This document shows positions 12,586 to 24,333 of a DNA stretch of 64,000 nucleotides, in pieces; the stretch's first letter is position 1, and each line of letters opens with the position of its first letter. Under the pieces are notes generated by a model that saw only the letters and a program-made list of their open reading frames with translations, ran no database searches and had not been told where the DNA came from. Source of the DNA: Octopus bimaculoides. Taxonomy: Eukaryota. Both the position numbers and the translations under genes were made by a program. The stretch covers positions 26,206,964-26,270,963 of the forward strand of contig NC_069002.1 in assembly GCF_001194135.2 (NCBI RefSeq), read 5' to 3'.

Positions 12586-13206
12586 CCTAACACCTCACAT
12601 ATTGGTAGAGCAATGAATTACATAATTCTTGCATTACTTTCAGTCACACATTTTTACACATGAGTTCAAATCCTGCTTGTGTCGACTTCACTCTTTTGTT
12701 CTTTCCAAGGTCAATACAATAACTTACTAATTAAAATACTGAGGTCAATCTAATGAAATTACTCCACACACCCCACCCCTGCAACTTGGCTCCTTTTCTC
12801 TCAAAATTCCTCACTTTGAGCCAGTCTTTGTTCATTTGTTCGTAATCTGTTTTACCATGCTAGCATGGGTGGGTAGAGAGTTTATTCTTCGAAGACACTT
12901 ACCGAAGTTACTTGGAAGTGGAACTGAATCTGAAACCATATGGTCTTGAAGGAAACATCTTAACAATGTAGCTATGCCTACACTAATTAAAAAAATCGTC
13001 ATTAACATAACGATTTATCTCCAATTTAATATCAGTTTTCACCGCAACATTAATTACAGGCCTGTGTTGTTGCTTATCTCCAAGTCAGCACTTAATTAAC
13101 TGAGATATGATCAAAGCATTTCCAGCTGTGACCATCCTGTCTTTTCTCTACATCTTTTTTCTTTGTTAGAATACATTATTCAACATATGTTCCGATTATG
13201 GAAGCG

Positions 13207-13591
13207 TTAACCCTTTTGTTATCATATTTCTGTTGAAATAGGCTATTTTTGCTTCAATTAATTTTGGAAATAATAAAGAATTTAGTATAACAACTTTGGT
13301 GTTATTAAACTGGTCTTTGGAACATAAATTAGAATGAAATTATGATGGAAGGTTTTAATTTAGATCACTTTAACCCCTTTGTTACCATATTTCTGTTGAT
13401 ACACACTGCAGTTGTGTCAATTTATTTTGAAAATAAGGGAGAGTTTAGTAAAATAACTTTGTCATAATTAAGCTGATATTATAAATATAAATTAATTTGA
13501 TGGAAGGTATTAATTTACATCACTTTAAAATTTGAAGTTTGTCTCATAGAACCAAGGATGGCTTCGAACAAGTTGATCTCCAAAGGGCTAA
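13207..13591. mobile_element. piggyBac-like MITE family 1, two nested copies
   Basis: TTAACCCTTTTG start at 13207; second copy starts at the internal TTAA (13370) of the first and ends aaagggctaa. Confidence 0.65.
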
Positions 13592-13804
13592 AGAGTTATT
13601 TGAGGGTTATCTGTTGTATCTTGCCAAAAGGTAGGGCTTCTCTTAATGAGAAATAATTCAAGTAGGAATATGCTAAACATCATAAGCAACACAGTAATTT
13701 ACAAAAGAGAGTGGAATCGATCTCCCCAGCAAGAACATTTTTGCTTTTCATAATAGCATGTTTTGAATAGTGTATTGTTGGGTTTATCTTTTATTGTTTA
13801 TTTT

Positions 13805-14580
13805 TTACTTGTTTCAGTCATTGGACTGCAACCTTACTGAGGCAGAATACCTATTTTTTTTTAAAGCTTGGTACTTATTTTGTTGCTCTCTTTTGCTGAG
13901 CCACTATGTTATGGGAAAATAACTACTCCAACACAGGTGGTGGGTGGGACAAGTGCAAGCACAAAGACACACACAGAGTTCATATACAGGGTTATTCAAA
14001 AAGAATGAACCAATTTCATTACGCAATATTTTAATAAGGAAAAGCAATAGAAAAACTCCAGCTAAGTTACAAGTATTTACTCACAATCAACTTCTTTTAT
14101 TTCCTGTCTTACAAGTGTTCAATATGGCTACCAGCTGCAGCATGGGCAACATCAATGTGATAAGAGAATTCCTCCCAGACATGTATCAGCACATCACAAT
14201 CCACTGAGTACTTCTTTGGCTGTCTGGTTGAATGCTTTATCAAAGTTTTTCCATTTTTCTTCTGTGTCAATATCTTCTGGAATCGCCTCAAGCAAAGCAA
14301 ATTTATTCTTTAGTTCCATAATAAACTTGCTTCTGATATGCTGACACGTGTCTGGGAGGAATTCTCTTATCACATTGATGTTGCCCGTGCTGCAGGTGGT
14401 GGCCACTTTGAACACTTGTAAGACAGGAAGTAAAAGTTGATTGTGAGTAAATACTGCTGACTCACAAGGGTCTGGTCAGCCCGAGGCTATTGTAGAAGAC
14501 ACTTACCCAAGATGCCACACAGTGAGACTGAACCTGGAACCATGTGGTTGTGAAGTAAATTTCATACCACTCAACCATGG
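13805..14580 (-). mobile_element. Old SINE family A split by the Tc1/mariner fold-back
   Basis: Tail half at 13805-13985, head half at about 14460-14580; the insertion sits at the TA in the SINE's middle tract. Confidence 0.6.
13987..14454. mobile_element. Tc1/mariner (ITm) 3'-end fold-back with RTE-derived spacer
   Basis: TA|CAGGGTTATTCAAAAAG TIR; arms 14073-14196 / 14334-14454 encode the transposase end EEFSYHIDVARAAGGGHFEHL*; spacer reads FIMELKNKFALLE...EEKWKNFDKAFNQTAKEVL (RTE-like). Confidence 0.75.
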
Positions 14581-15440
14581 TCACTCAATTTTTTTTGCAT
14601 AACTTTTAACCTGTAGTGCAATAGTAATAAGGAGTGCTCAATCCAAAACATTGATGGTTCAAATCTATGCTACTCTGATTTTCCTGACAATATTGCTGCT
14701 ATGTTCTGTCATAGTGGGTCACCTTAGAGTGCCTCTTACATTGTTCTGTACAATCGCATGTCACTTAAATATATACAACATTACTTTATTGTTGAATTAT
14801 TGTTAATTTGTCAGATGATAGCATATTTTTTCAGTTGCTATTTCAACATGGTTTTTGTTATTTCAATATCTCATCTATCTTATGTCTTACCATAGTTTAA
14901 ACTATATTTTTATTATGTTTGCTGAGTGCCATTTTCTCACAAATGAAAACCCTTCCTTCTGCATAAAATTCCATAATGATTCTAAAAGTCATACAAGAAT
15001 AACAAATACAAACTTTTCATGCTGTTCTCATCTTAAAAAATCTGCCAACACTTAGGAGAAGGCTGGACAATAAATCATAGCCTCCTTGTTATTCAGCACC
15101 CGCATACAACTAAACACAGCACGACTCAGTGTACATTTGGTTACACAGAGTGTTGAAACAAGGAGCATCTGGTGTGCAGACTTTGTAGACTGGCTTCTAA
15201 ATGTCTGTTTGCTCATCTCTGCAAGTTGTTTGCTTGAGATTGGCAGATTAGAGCTGTCTGAGACCTACGGGGTCTGGCTGACTCTGGCTGGGGCCTTGAC
15301 AGGAGACAGAAATAAGCAAATTGACAGACCATTCAGGCTGTGTTAACACGGGGGTGACAAAAGGCTGTTGAAAGTTTTCTTTCATAAAAAACAGTAATTG
15401 CATTTCATTATTGTTTTACATGGGTATTCTATAATTCTTC

Positions 15441-15616
15441 TCTTACTTGTTTCAGTCATTTGACTGCAGCCATGCTGGAGCACCACCTTTTAGTCAAGCA
15501 AATCGACCCCAAGACTTATTCTTTGTTAGCCTAGTACTTATTCTATCAGATTCTTTTTGGCGAACCACTATGTTACGAGGATGTAAACACACCAGCGTCA
15601 CATCTCAAGCGATGTT

Positions 15617-15715
<99 letters not shown>

Positions 15716-15871
15716 GCTTCTTTCAGTTTCCGTCTACCAAATCCACTCACAAGGCTTTGGTTGGCCCGAGGCTATAGTAGAAGACACTTGCCCAAGGTGC
15801 GACGCAGTGGGACTGAACCCTGAACTATGTGGTTCGTAAGCAAGCTACTTACCACACAACCACTCCTGCGC
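15441..15871 (-). mobile_element. SINE family A, full length, with expanded (CA)n(TA)n
   Basis: Colinear with 1904-2290. Confidence 0.85.
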
Positions 15872-16321
15872 TTATAAAGCCACTTTTGTGCCTATGCAGT
15901 ATAGTCATATTTTGCCTAAATGGAATAAACAGAACAACAGGAGACACTTGGGATAGTGAGTTGCTGAAGAGGTCACAGGAGGTGTGATGAAAGAGCTTTG
16001 ACAAAGAAAATAAAATAAGAATAAAGCTGATGTGTGTGTGTTTAATTGGCAAGAATATGACCATCCCAAGTATAACAATATCTGTTCCAACACGCAGTTT
16101 CATATCAAGAATCTTGCAAAACACGTACACATACATTTCATTAATCAAGCTAAAATCACATTTGTGTTTGTTGTATTTGCTGCTGTTGTAGAATTGGTTT
16201 AGTCCTCTCATCAAGATGCTCTATGATCAAAGATATTCCTTTTATGACCCTCTCTTCTTTTTCCATGTGTGGAACTACAATGTTCAGTGTGTTATTACTT
16301 CTTAAAACAGTGGGTTGTAAC

Positions 16322-17153
16322 TTAACCCTTTTGAAATACACAGCCTTTGTTCCAATTGTTGTTGGCACTCCGTCGCTTACGACGTCGACAGTTCCTGTTG
16401 ATCCGATCAACGGAACAACCTGCTCGTGAAATTAACGTGCAAGTGGCTGAGCACTCCACAGATACGTGTACCCATAACGTAGTTCTCTGGGATATTCAGC
16501 TTGACACAGTGTGACACGGCTGACCCATTGAATTACAGGCACAACAGAAACGGGAAGTAAGAGTGAGAGAAAGTTGTGGTGGAAGAGTACAGCAGGGTTC
16601 GCCACCATCCCCTGCCGAAGCCTTGTGGAGCTTTAGGTGTTTTAAGTCAATAAACACTCACAATGCCCGGTCTGGGAATCGAATCCGCAATCCTATGACC
16701 GCGAGTCCGCTACCCTAACCACTGGGCCATTGCGCCTCCACTATGTTCCACTTAATTTTGAAAATAACAAAGAATTTAGTAAAATATTTTTGCCATGATT
16801 AAGCTTGGAACATTGGTCAATATGAGATTTTGATTGAAGATGTTAATTTGGATCACTTTAAAACAGGATGCTTATGTCATAGAACCAGGGTCAGCCTGAG
16901 GCAGATTGGTATCAAAAGAATTAATCCTTTTGTTACCACGTTTCTTTTGAAAGGCACTACCTTTCTTTCAATTAATTTTGAAAATAATGAAGAATTCGTT
17001 AAGATAACTCTGTCATTATTATTAAGCTTGTGTTTGGAACATTAATTAACATGAAATTTTGATGGAAGGTTTTAATTTAGATCATTTTAAAAAAAGGAAT
17101 TTACATCATAGTACCATGGGCAATTTCAGGCAGGTTCATATCAAAAGGGTTAA
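16322..17153. mobile_element. Tandem dimer of piggyBac-like MITE family 1 sharing a TTAA (16921-16924)
   Basis: ttaaccctttt ... aaaagaaTTAAtccttttg ... aaaagggTTAA; first unit is interrupted by a SINE. Confidence 0.7.
16358..16740 (-). mobile_element. tRNA-derived SINE family C
   Basis: A box TGGCCCAGTGG (16719-16729), B-box-like GGATTCGATTCC (16675-16686); imperfect 13-bp TSD ctttgttccaatt / ctatgttccactt; homologous body also at about 42700-42990. Confidence 0.8.
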
Positions 17154-17487
17154 GGGAGATATTGCTGCTAATTTCACCAAGTCAAATGACTTGGATAGAC
17201 ATCTTATTTTGATGCTAATTATACTTATATTTGCAACAGATTTGGTAATACCATAGAGTTGGTAAAAGTTAGAAAAATGATTGTAGTTGAGGACTAGTTC
17301 AGGCATCCATTGACAAAATCTTTCATATAAGCCTAATATTTTTTCTCAAGTAAGTGTGAAAAACTGCGTTTATGGAGATGGACAATGATTAACCTAGGTG
17401 CTCATCCCTTTTAAAGCAGTGCTAATAACTTATTGATGCAGAGCAAGGTAAATATAATATAAAATATATATAATATAATATATATAT

Positions 17488-17751
17488 AGGCATAGCAGTG
17501 ACTATGTGGTAAGTAGCTTGCTTACCAACCACATGGTTCCAGGTCCAGTTCCTCTGCATGGCACCTTGGGCAAGTGTCTTCTACTATAGCCTCGGGCCAA
17601 CCAGAGTCTTGTGAGTGGATTTGGTAGATGGAAACTGAAAGAAGCCTGTCGTATATATATTTATGTATATGTTTGTATGTCTGTGTTTTCCCTCACCCAT
17701 CATTGCTTGACAACCAATGTTGGTGTGTTTACACCCCTGTAACTTGGCGGT
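17488..17751 (+). mobile_element. SINE family A, 3'-truncated
   Basis: gactatgtggtaagtagcttgcttaccaaccacatggttcc... Confidence 0.8.
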
Positions 17752-17752
17752 G

Positions 17753-17783
<31 letters not shown>

Positions 17784-18179
17784 GTATGACTTGTTAAGGA
17801 TATCTCTACACAGCCGTAACTATGATTTCAATAGAAAATCTGTAGAAATAACCTTAACAAGAGATGTAATAGCACTGCTAACACAGAACACAGTATTGAC
17901 TTATAAAACAATGTTTAATATACTTTGTAGTATATCGTGGTTACAGAACAAAATAGTGTCTCTATACACACACACACACACACACACACATATGTGTATA
18001 TATAAATATATATATGTATATATATGTGTATATATACATATCACTATGCATATATGTATACGTTTATGTGTTCATTATATTTGTTCACCCTGGGTATTTT
18101 ATATTAGATTAAAAGCTATGACGCTACTTTATATGAGAAGATTCTGTGTGTGTGTGTGTGTGTGTAATCTTTTAATCTT

Positions 18180-18635
18180 GTATGATCAGAATCATGATGA
18201 TGATGGTGATGAAGTTCATGATGATGATGATGATAGTAGTAGTGGTGGTGGTGATGATTAATGATGGTGGTGGTGGTGTCAGTTGTTTTGATGATGAAGA
18301 TGATGATGGTTATGGATTTTGTTGTGCTGATCATGACAATGATGATGATGATTATGTTGGTGATTTTGCTGACGAACAACGATGGCATCAATAACGATTG
18401 TGTTGTTGTTGTTGGTGGTGGTGGTGATGATGATGATGATGATGATGATTGTGAGAATGATGCAGATGTAGCTGTTTTGGTGATGTGATGATGATGATGA
18501 TGATGATAGCAACAGTCATGAAGTTGATGGCAATGATAGTAGTACTGCTGCTGTTGCTGATGATGATGACGATGCGAATGTGGTAGTGATAGCAGTGGTT
18601 TTGATGATGATGATGATGATGATGACGACGACAAT
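18180..18635. repeat. (GAT/GGT/GTT)n microsatellite
   Basis: Long imperfect trinucleotide array. Confidence 0.9.
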
Positions 18636-19209
18636 GACGTCTCTAAAGAAAGAAAATACCTCCTACGCACACCAATCAATAGAATTAACGATGAAGGCTG
18701 TTGATGAGCTCCTCTTGATTACCGTCTGTTCGTCAGCACACTGCAGTTTGTGCTCTTCATTAAGTTAAAACCAACGAGTTTGATTCAGGCTTCCTTTCCA
18801 CCACCACCACCACCATCCCCATTGGCCACAGCCACCACCACTGGCCACGACCACCTCCAGTGATCGGAACATATTAGCCTCACTTCAATATTCATTCTCC
18901 GTACTGAACATCTCATTTCAGCGAGACGAACAGACAGAAACGCATCCAGTCAGTATTGTTTAATTCAACNNNNNNNNNNNNNNNNNNNNNNNNNNNNNNN
19001 NNNNNNNNNNNNNNNNNNNNNNNNNNNNNNNNNNNNNNNNNNNNNNNNNTCTTGCCCAACAAACTATTTGCTTTCTTCATTGATAGTATTTCATTAACAA
19101 ACTGATTAATTACAAACTTAATAGTTCAACTTAATTATAGTTTTAATTTGGTTTTGTTTTTTTTTGTCTTTTCTTCAATTTCTTCTTGTTTGATCATTTC
19201 TGTTATTAT

Positions 19210-19240
<31 letters not shown>

Positions 19241-19290
19241 GTTATTATTATTATTATTATTATTATTGTTGTTGTAACTCTTGTTATCAA

Positions 19291-19715
19291 GGTGGTGAGC
19301 TGGCAGAATCATTAGTGCACAGGGCAGAATGCTTTGCCGCATTCATCTGTCTTTATGTCCTGAGTTCAAATTCCGTCAGATCAACTTTGCCATTCTTCCT
19401 TATGGGTTGATGAAACCAACTTACCCACCTTGCCTGATATTGCTGGCCTTGTGCCAAAGTTTGTAATCATTATCACTATTATTATCATTACGGTTGGCAA
19501 GCTCGTTAGCAAGAGTCGTTAACATGTCAGATAAAATGCTTAGTGGCATTTTCTCTGTCTTCAGGCTCTTAGCTCAAATTCCACCAAGGTCGGCTTTGTC
19601 TTTCGTTCTTTCAGGGTTGATAAAATAAGTACCAGTTATACACTGTCTTGATGCAATTGACTAACCCCCACCCCAGCCCCCAAAATTTAGGGCCTCGTGT
19701 CTATAACAATGAGGA
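19291..19715 (+). mobile_element. Two adjacent degraded copies of SINE family D
   Basis: ggtgagctggcagaatcattag...gagttcaaattcc...ctttgcc/ctttcgttctttcagggttgataaaataagtacc, matching 33977-34206. Confidence 0.65.
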
Positions 19716-19722
19716 TTATTAT

Positions 19723-19770
<48 letters not shown>

Positions 19771-20494
19771 ATGGCCAGTTGTTTTACTAAAATTGATTTA
19801 TCGAAACATAGCTAAATATTGAAGAAAGAAAATATCTTTTAAAGATAACACAAATTAGAAATAAAATAACCATTTGCTAAAACAAATTATTGTTTTTTAC
19901 TGTTTTGTGCTATATTTCAATGTACACCATTTTAGATATACATGGCGCCACAAACATGAAATTATTAAATTCATACAGACATGTTTTTTATTTTGTAAAT
20001 TTCCTGTTTTCTATCATTTGGTCGCTTCTGATACCTTCTGGGTCTAATAAATTAAGTTTGATTAAGAAATTTTGTTTGATTAAAAACAAATCCGTCTACT
20101 CTACTGACCACAACATTCAGGCTGTCATGTGTAAACACTGCAATAGGGTTATGTTGGACCTCTATCAGTCAGTGTTGTCAATGTATGTAAATCTGTGTAG
20201 CAGAAATACAGACCTGGCAAATTTAGGCATTTTCCCATAGATTAAAAAAACGATGAACACCCTCAATCAATTTTCGGATCTTATTGGGGTCTCATCAGTG
20301 CTGTCTGTTTTACTTTGAAAAATCCCAGAGAAATGAGTAGCCATTCTGTTTACATATGGATCCAGCCTAGTAGTTTCAGAGAACTGGAGCTACTAATATG
20401 CATAATATTCACACTGCTAGTATTCAGCACTTTATTTAATATCAGTGGCCCGTCAGTAGGGATTTCAGTCTACAAACTATCAGGGCAAAGGGTA

Positions 20495-20814
20495 AAGACA
20501 CCCTTCAGTCCTGCACCTAGAAAGTTACCCTCTGAGGCACAAGTCTCGACAAGGTTATTTTATGGAAGACCAGAAGTTTCCCATGCATACCAGCCTCCCC
20601 TTTCTATGCCACTGTTGTTATCGAAGGCAAAGGCAAAGGCTGATACAGCTTAGCACCAGTGATGTCGCAACTCATTTCTCCAGATGAGTGACCTGGAGCA
20701 ATGTGAAATAAAGTGTCTTGCTCAAGAACACAACACACAGCCCGGTTCAGGAATTGAACTCACAACCTCATGTTTGTGAGCCTGATGCTGTAACCACTGA
20801 GCCATGCACCTTCA
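20495..20814 (-). mobile_element. SINE family B
   Basis: Colinear with 5203-5536 and 30100-30434. Confidence 0.8.
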
Positions 20815-21494
20815 TACGAAGTATGATATAGATATAAGATATGCAAACCCATGTAGTAGAAATACAAACATGGTAAATTAACCCACATGTGACAAGATTT
20901 TTTGAGGGACGTTAGTAGTTGCTCATGAATGAAGGTCTTCTCTCTCTCTCTCTCTCTCCTTGCCACTGATGGTTATCCTAAGGAAAGGCTCCCTTATGGG
21001 ACCGATACAGGTTGGTGCTCAAATTGTTGCTGGTGTTGCTTTCAGAATGTGAAGGGTTAAGGAAGATACCTCAAGGTATCTCACCTGACCCTCTAAAATT
21101 TCCAATGATCCACCACTCTAGATTAGTGTTTTTTGTTTACTGACCCCCAAAAGGATGAAAGGTAAATTTGATCTGAGTGAGATTTGAACTCAGATTCCAA
21201 AGAATCACAACAGATGTCACAAGGGATTCTGTACAATGTGCTAAAACCTCTGCTGATTTACTTCCACATATATGAAGATATACAATACACACGCATAAGC
21301 AAATGAGCTGAAATAAAGGCGAAATCTTGATATCCACCAATATTCTCGTTCATTTATTGGTTTATTCATTTTGCCTGGTTATGGGGCATCCAGAGTTTTT
21401 AACACCCAACACCTTAAAGGGACATTTCCCGGGAGAAAATCACATGGCTAATAAGCATGTAAACCAACCACATGCATTGAGTATGTGACATTGG

Positions 21495-21534
<40 letters not shown>

Positions 21535-21535
<1 letters not shown>

Positions 21536-21724
21536 TAGGAAGGACAGCGAAAGAAAGAAAGAAACCTCGATATTATGTAAATAGAGGAATTTATCTGTAA
21601 AAATATGTGACACTTATTCGGTAGCCATGATAAAACTCTGAGTTTCGGATGCCGGGGTGGGAGCCCGCGCCATCATCTCTTCAGTTATCTGGCTACCAAA
21701 TAAGTGTCACATATTTTTACAGAT
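21535..21724 (-). mobile_element. Penelope-like repeat in (TA)n with about 40-bp inverted arms
   Basis: Arms 21593-21633 / 21685-21724; homologous to 7950-8165. Confidence 0.6.
21629..21689 (-). ncRNA. Type I hammerhead ribozyme motif
   Basis: GATAA-CTGAAGA-GATG..CATC-C-GAAA-CTC(A)GAG-TT-TTATC: complete core, stem I extended by the long inverted repeat. Confidence 0.6.
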
Positions 21725-21944
21725 ATATATATATTTGTCATGTGATCTCTTGTTATTCTGGGTGTACAAGATCTTCTGGCAGATTATGACAGCCATAATT
21801 TGTCTGAAGAAATTGAACACCAACAGGTGAAACTCAGAGTAGCAAGACATGGCCTGACCAAAATAAAATATCATATTAAGCTCTACTGTAGTATTGAGTA
21901 CTCTTTCCTGACACTTGAAACTAAATTTCCATTCTAACTCTCTT

Positions 21945-22079
21945 TCTTCCTTCCTTACTTCCTTCCTTTCTTTCTCATTCTTTCTTTCTTTGTCTTTCCC
22001 TCTTTTTCTTTCCTTTCTTTCTTTGTCTTTCTTTTTCTTTCTTTCTTTCTTTCTTTCTTTGTCATTTTCTTTCTCTTTT

Positions 22080-22130
<51 letters not shown>

Positions 22131-22210
22131 CTCTGTCTCTTTCTTTGTCTTTTTCTTTCTCTTTTCCTTCCTTCCTTCCTTCCATCTATCCATCCATCCA
22201 TCCATCCATT
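21945..22210. repeat. (CTTT)n/(CCAT)n microsatellite
   Basis: Pyrimidine-rich tetranucleotide run. Confidence 0.9.
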
Positions 22211-22624
22211 CTGGCACAAATAAACCTTTAGACAACAGTGAGTGAATGTTAGATTAAAGAACCCTTTGGATAGAAAAAGTCCAAAGTTGCAAGTGGGAAT
22301 TGAAACCATATGAAACATATATATATATATATATATCCGGTTGTGAGTACACACATGCACGTGCGCACACAAACACAAGGNNNNNNNNNNAGTACACACA
22401 TGCACGTGCGCACACAAACACAAGGATATGCATGTAAACAAGAATAGCATGTTTGCACATGGATTTTGTTAGACGTTTGTGATGTAGATGGATTCAGTCT
22501 GTAGCTAAGAACCAAAGTCACAGACTTACTTTCCCCGACACTGAAGTATCTGTGGACCTCAGCTGGTGCCACATGTGCACGCATGTGTTACATGGACATT
22601 TGGCATGTGCATATGGGTGCACAC

Positions 22625-22639
22625 ACATGTAGATATATA

Positions 22640-22712
<73 letters not shown>

Positions 22713-22870
22713 ATTGCATGAACATATATAAATTGATTATATGCATATCTATATGTTTGTGTGTGTGTGTGTGTATATATAAATTGATTATATATGTATA
22801 TATATATATATATATGTAATATATGTTTGTATTTATATACATATTTGTATGTATTATTTATTTATGTATA

Positions 22871-22920
<50 letters not shown>

Positions 22921-23079
22921 TATATACACACATGTATATACATATATATACACATGTATATATATGTATATACATATGTATATATATTTATTTATATATA
23001 TATATGTATATACATATGTATATACATGTGTGTGTGTGTATATATATATATACGCACACACATACACACACTCACACAC

Positions 23080-23110
<31 letters not shown>

Positions 23111-23215
23111 NNNNNNNNNNTATATATATATATATATATATATACACCTGTATATATATATATATATACATATACGCACAGATGTATATGCACATGTGTG
23201 TATAAATATATAGAT
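22625..23215. repeat. (TA)n/(TG)n/(CA)n compound microsatellite
   Basis: Source of the YIYI ORFs. Confidence 0.9.
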
Positions 23216-23794
23216 AGACTGATAGATGTACATTAATATATATAATCAATTTAGAAAATCATGTTAAAACAGGAGTTAAACTAAGTGTAACGGCTATTAA
23301 AGGAATTACAATTGGTAATATATCATCTCCAAGCCAGGCTGGAACATTCCATTCTGTCTGCCTGCGACCACTGCCACCACTGCTGCCGTTTCTGTGAGAG
23401 TTTTATAGTCTATAATTTAACTATTACTATCTTAAGTTATACAATGGGAACTAGCAGCATTTGCCGGATTGAAAGTACACTTTTGAAAATTAGATTCACT
23501 GCTCCATGCTGATCACCAATTAATTTTATTGGCTATCATAACGATCTTCACTTAATGGGTTGCATGTATGCACAGCAAAGTCACATTGCAATCAATACAC
23601 AAACACACACTCTCTATCACTCTCTTTCGCTTGAATGCATACATGGATACACATTCATGCACACTCATGCAACGCATGCTTACACATGTTTGCATATTCA
23701 CATGAATGCATTTATGTAGATATATATATATATATATATATTTATATACATATTTTAGATAGATAGATATTAATGTATATGAATGAATATGTGC

Positions 23795-23864
<70 letters not shown>

Positions 23865-24084
23865 ATATATATGTATGTATATACATAAATATATGTATGT
23901 GTGTGTACATATATATGAATATATGTATATATGGGAGAATATACAAAAAATAACAACAGACGAGGACANNNNNNNNNNNNNNNNNNNNNNNNNNNNNNNN
24001 NNNNNNNNNNNNNNNNNNNNNNNNNNNNNNNNNNNNNNNNNNNNNNNNNNNNNNNNNNNNNNNNNNNNATATATATATGGATAT

Positions 24085-24170
24085 AGTTAATTGGCGGGCG
24101 AGCGGGCGGATCTGCCGCAGCCCGGGGCGTGGAACGATGTCGACAGCATGTGTTTGTTTGCCGCATGCAT
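24085..24170. promoter_or_regulatory. Small CpG-rich island with ATTGG (CCAAT) and GGGCGG boxes
   Basis: ttaATTGGcgggcgagcGGGCGGatctgccgcagcccggggcg in otherwise AT-rich, CpG-poor DNA. Confidence 0.25.
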
Positions 24171-24283
24171 GAAGGTTTGTAAATCTGACAATTGCAAATG
24201 TGTAGCTGTAATTTTAAATATTGGTGTGTACGTACATGTGTGTATACATACATTCACACATATTCATTCATATATATATATGA

Positions 24284-24333
<50 letters not shown>

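Noticed and set aside
16665-16741. tRNA gene
   Set aside because: A/B boxes are present but it is the head of a SINE with body and TSD; I could not fold a full cloverleaf. The same applies to the other SINE heads
21750-21935. Protein-looking plus frame LGVQDLLADYDSHNLSEEIEHQQVKLRVARHGL
   Set aside because: No start codon, weak splice signals, no recognisable family
22520-22560. Minus-strand AAA|GTAAGT donor with a short open frame
   Set aside because: No polypyrimidine tract at any upstream AG
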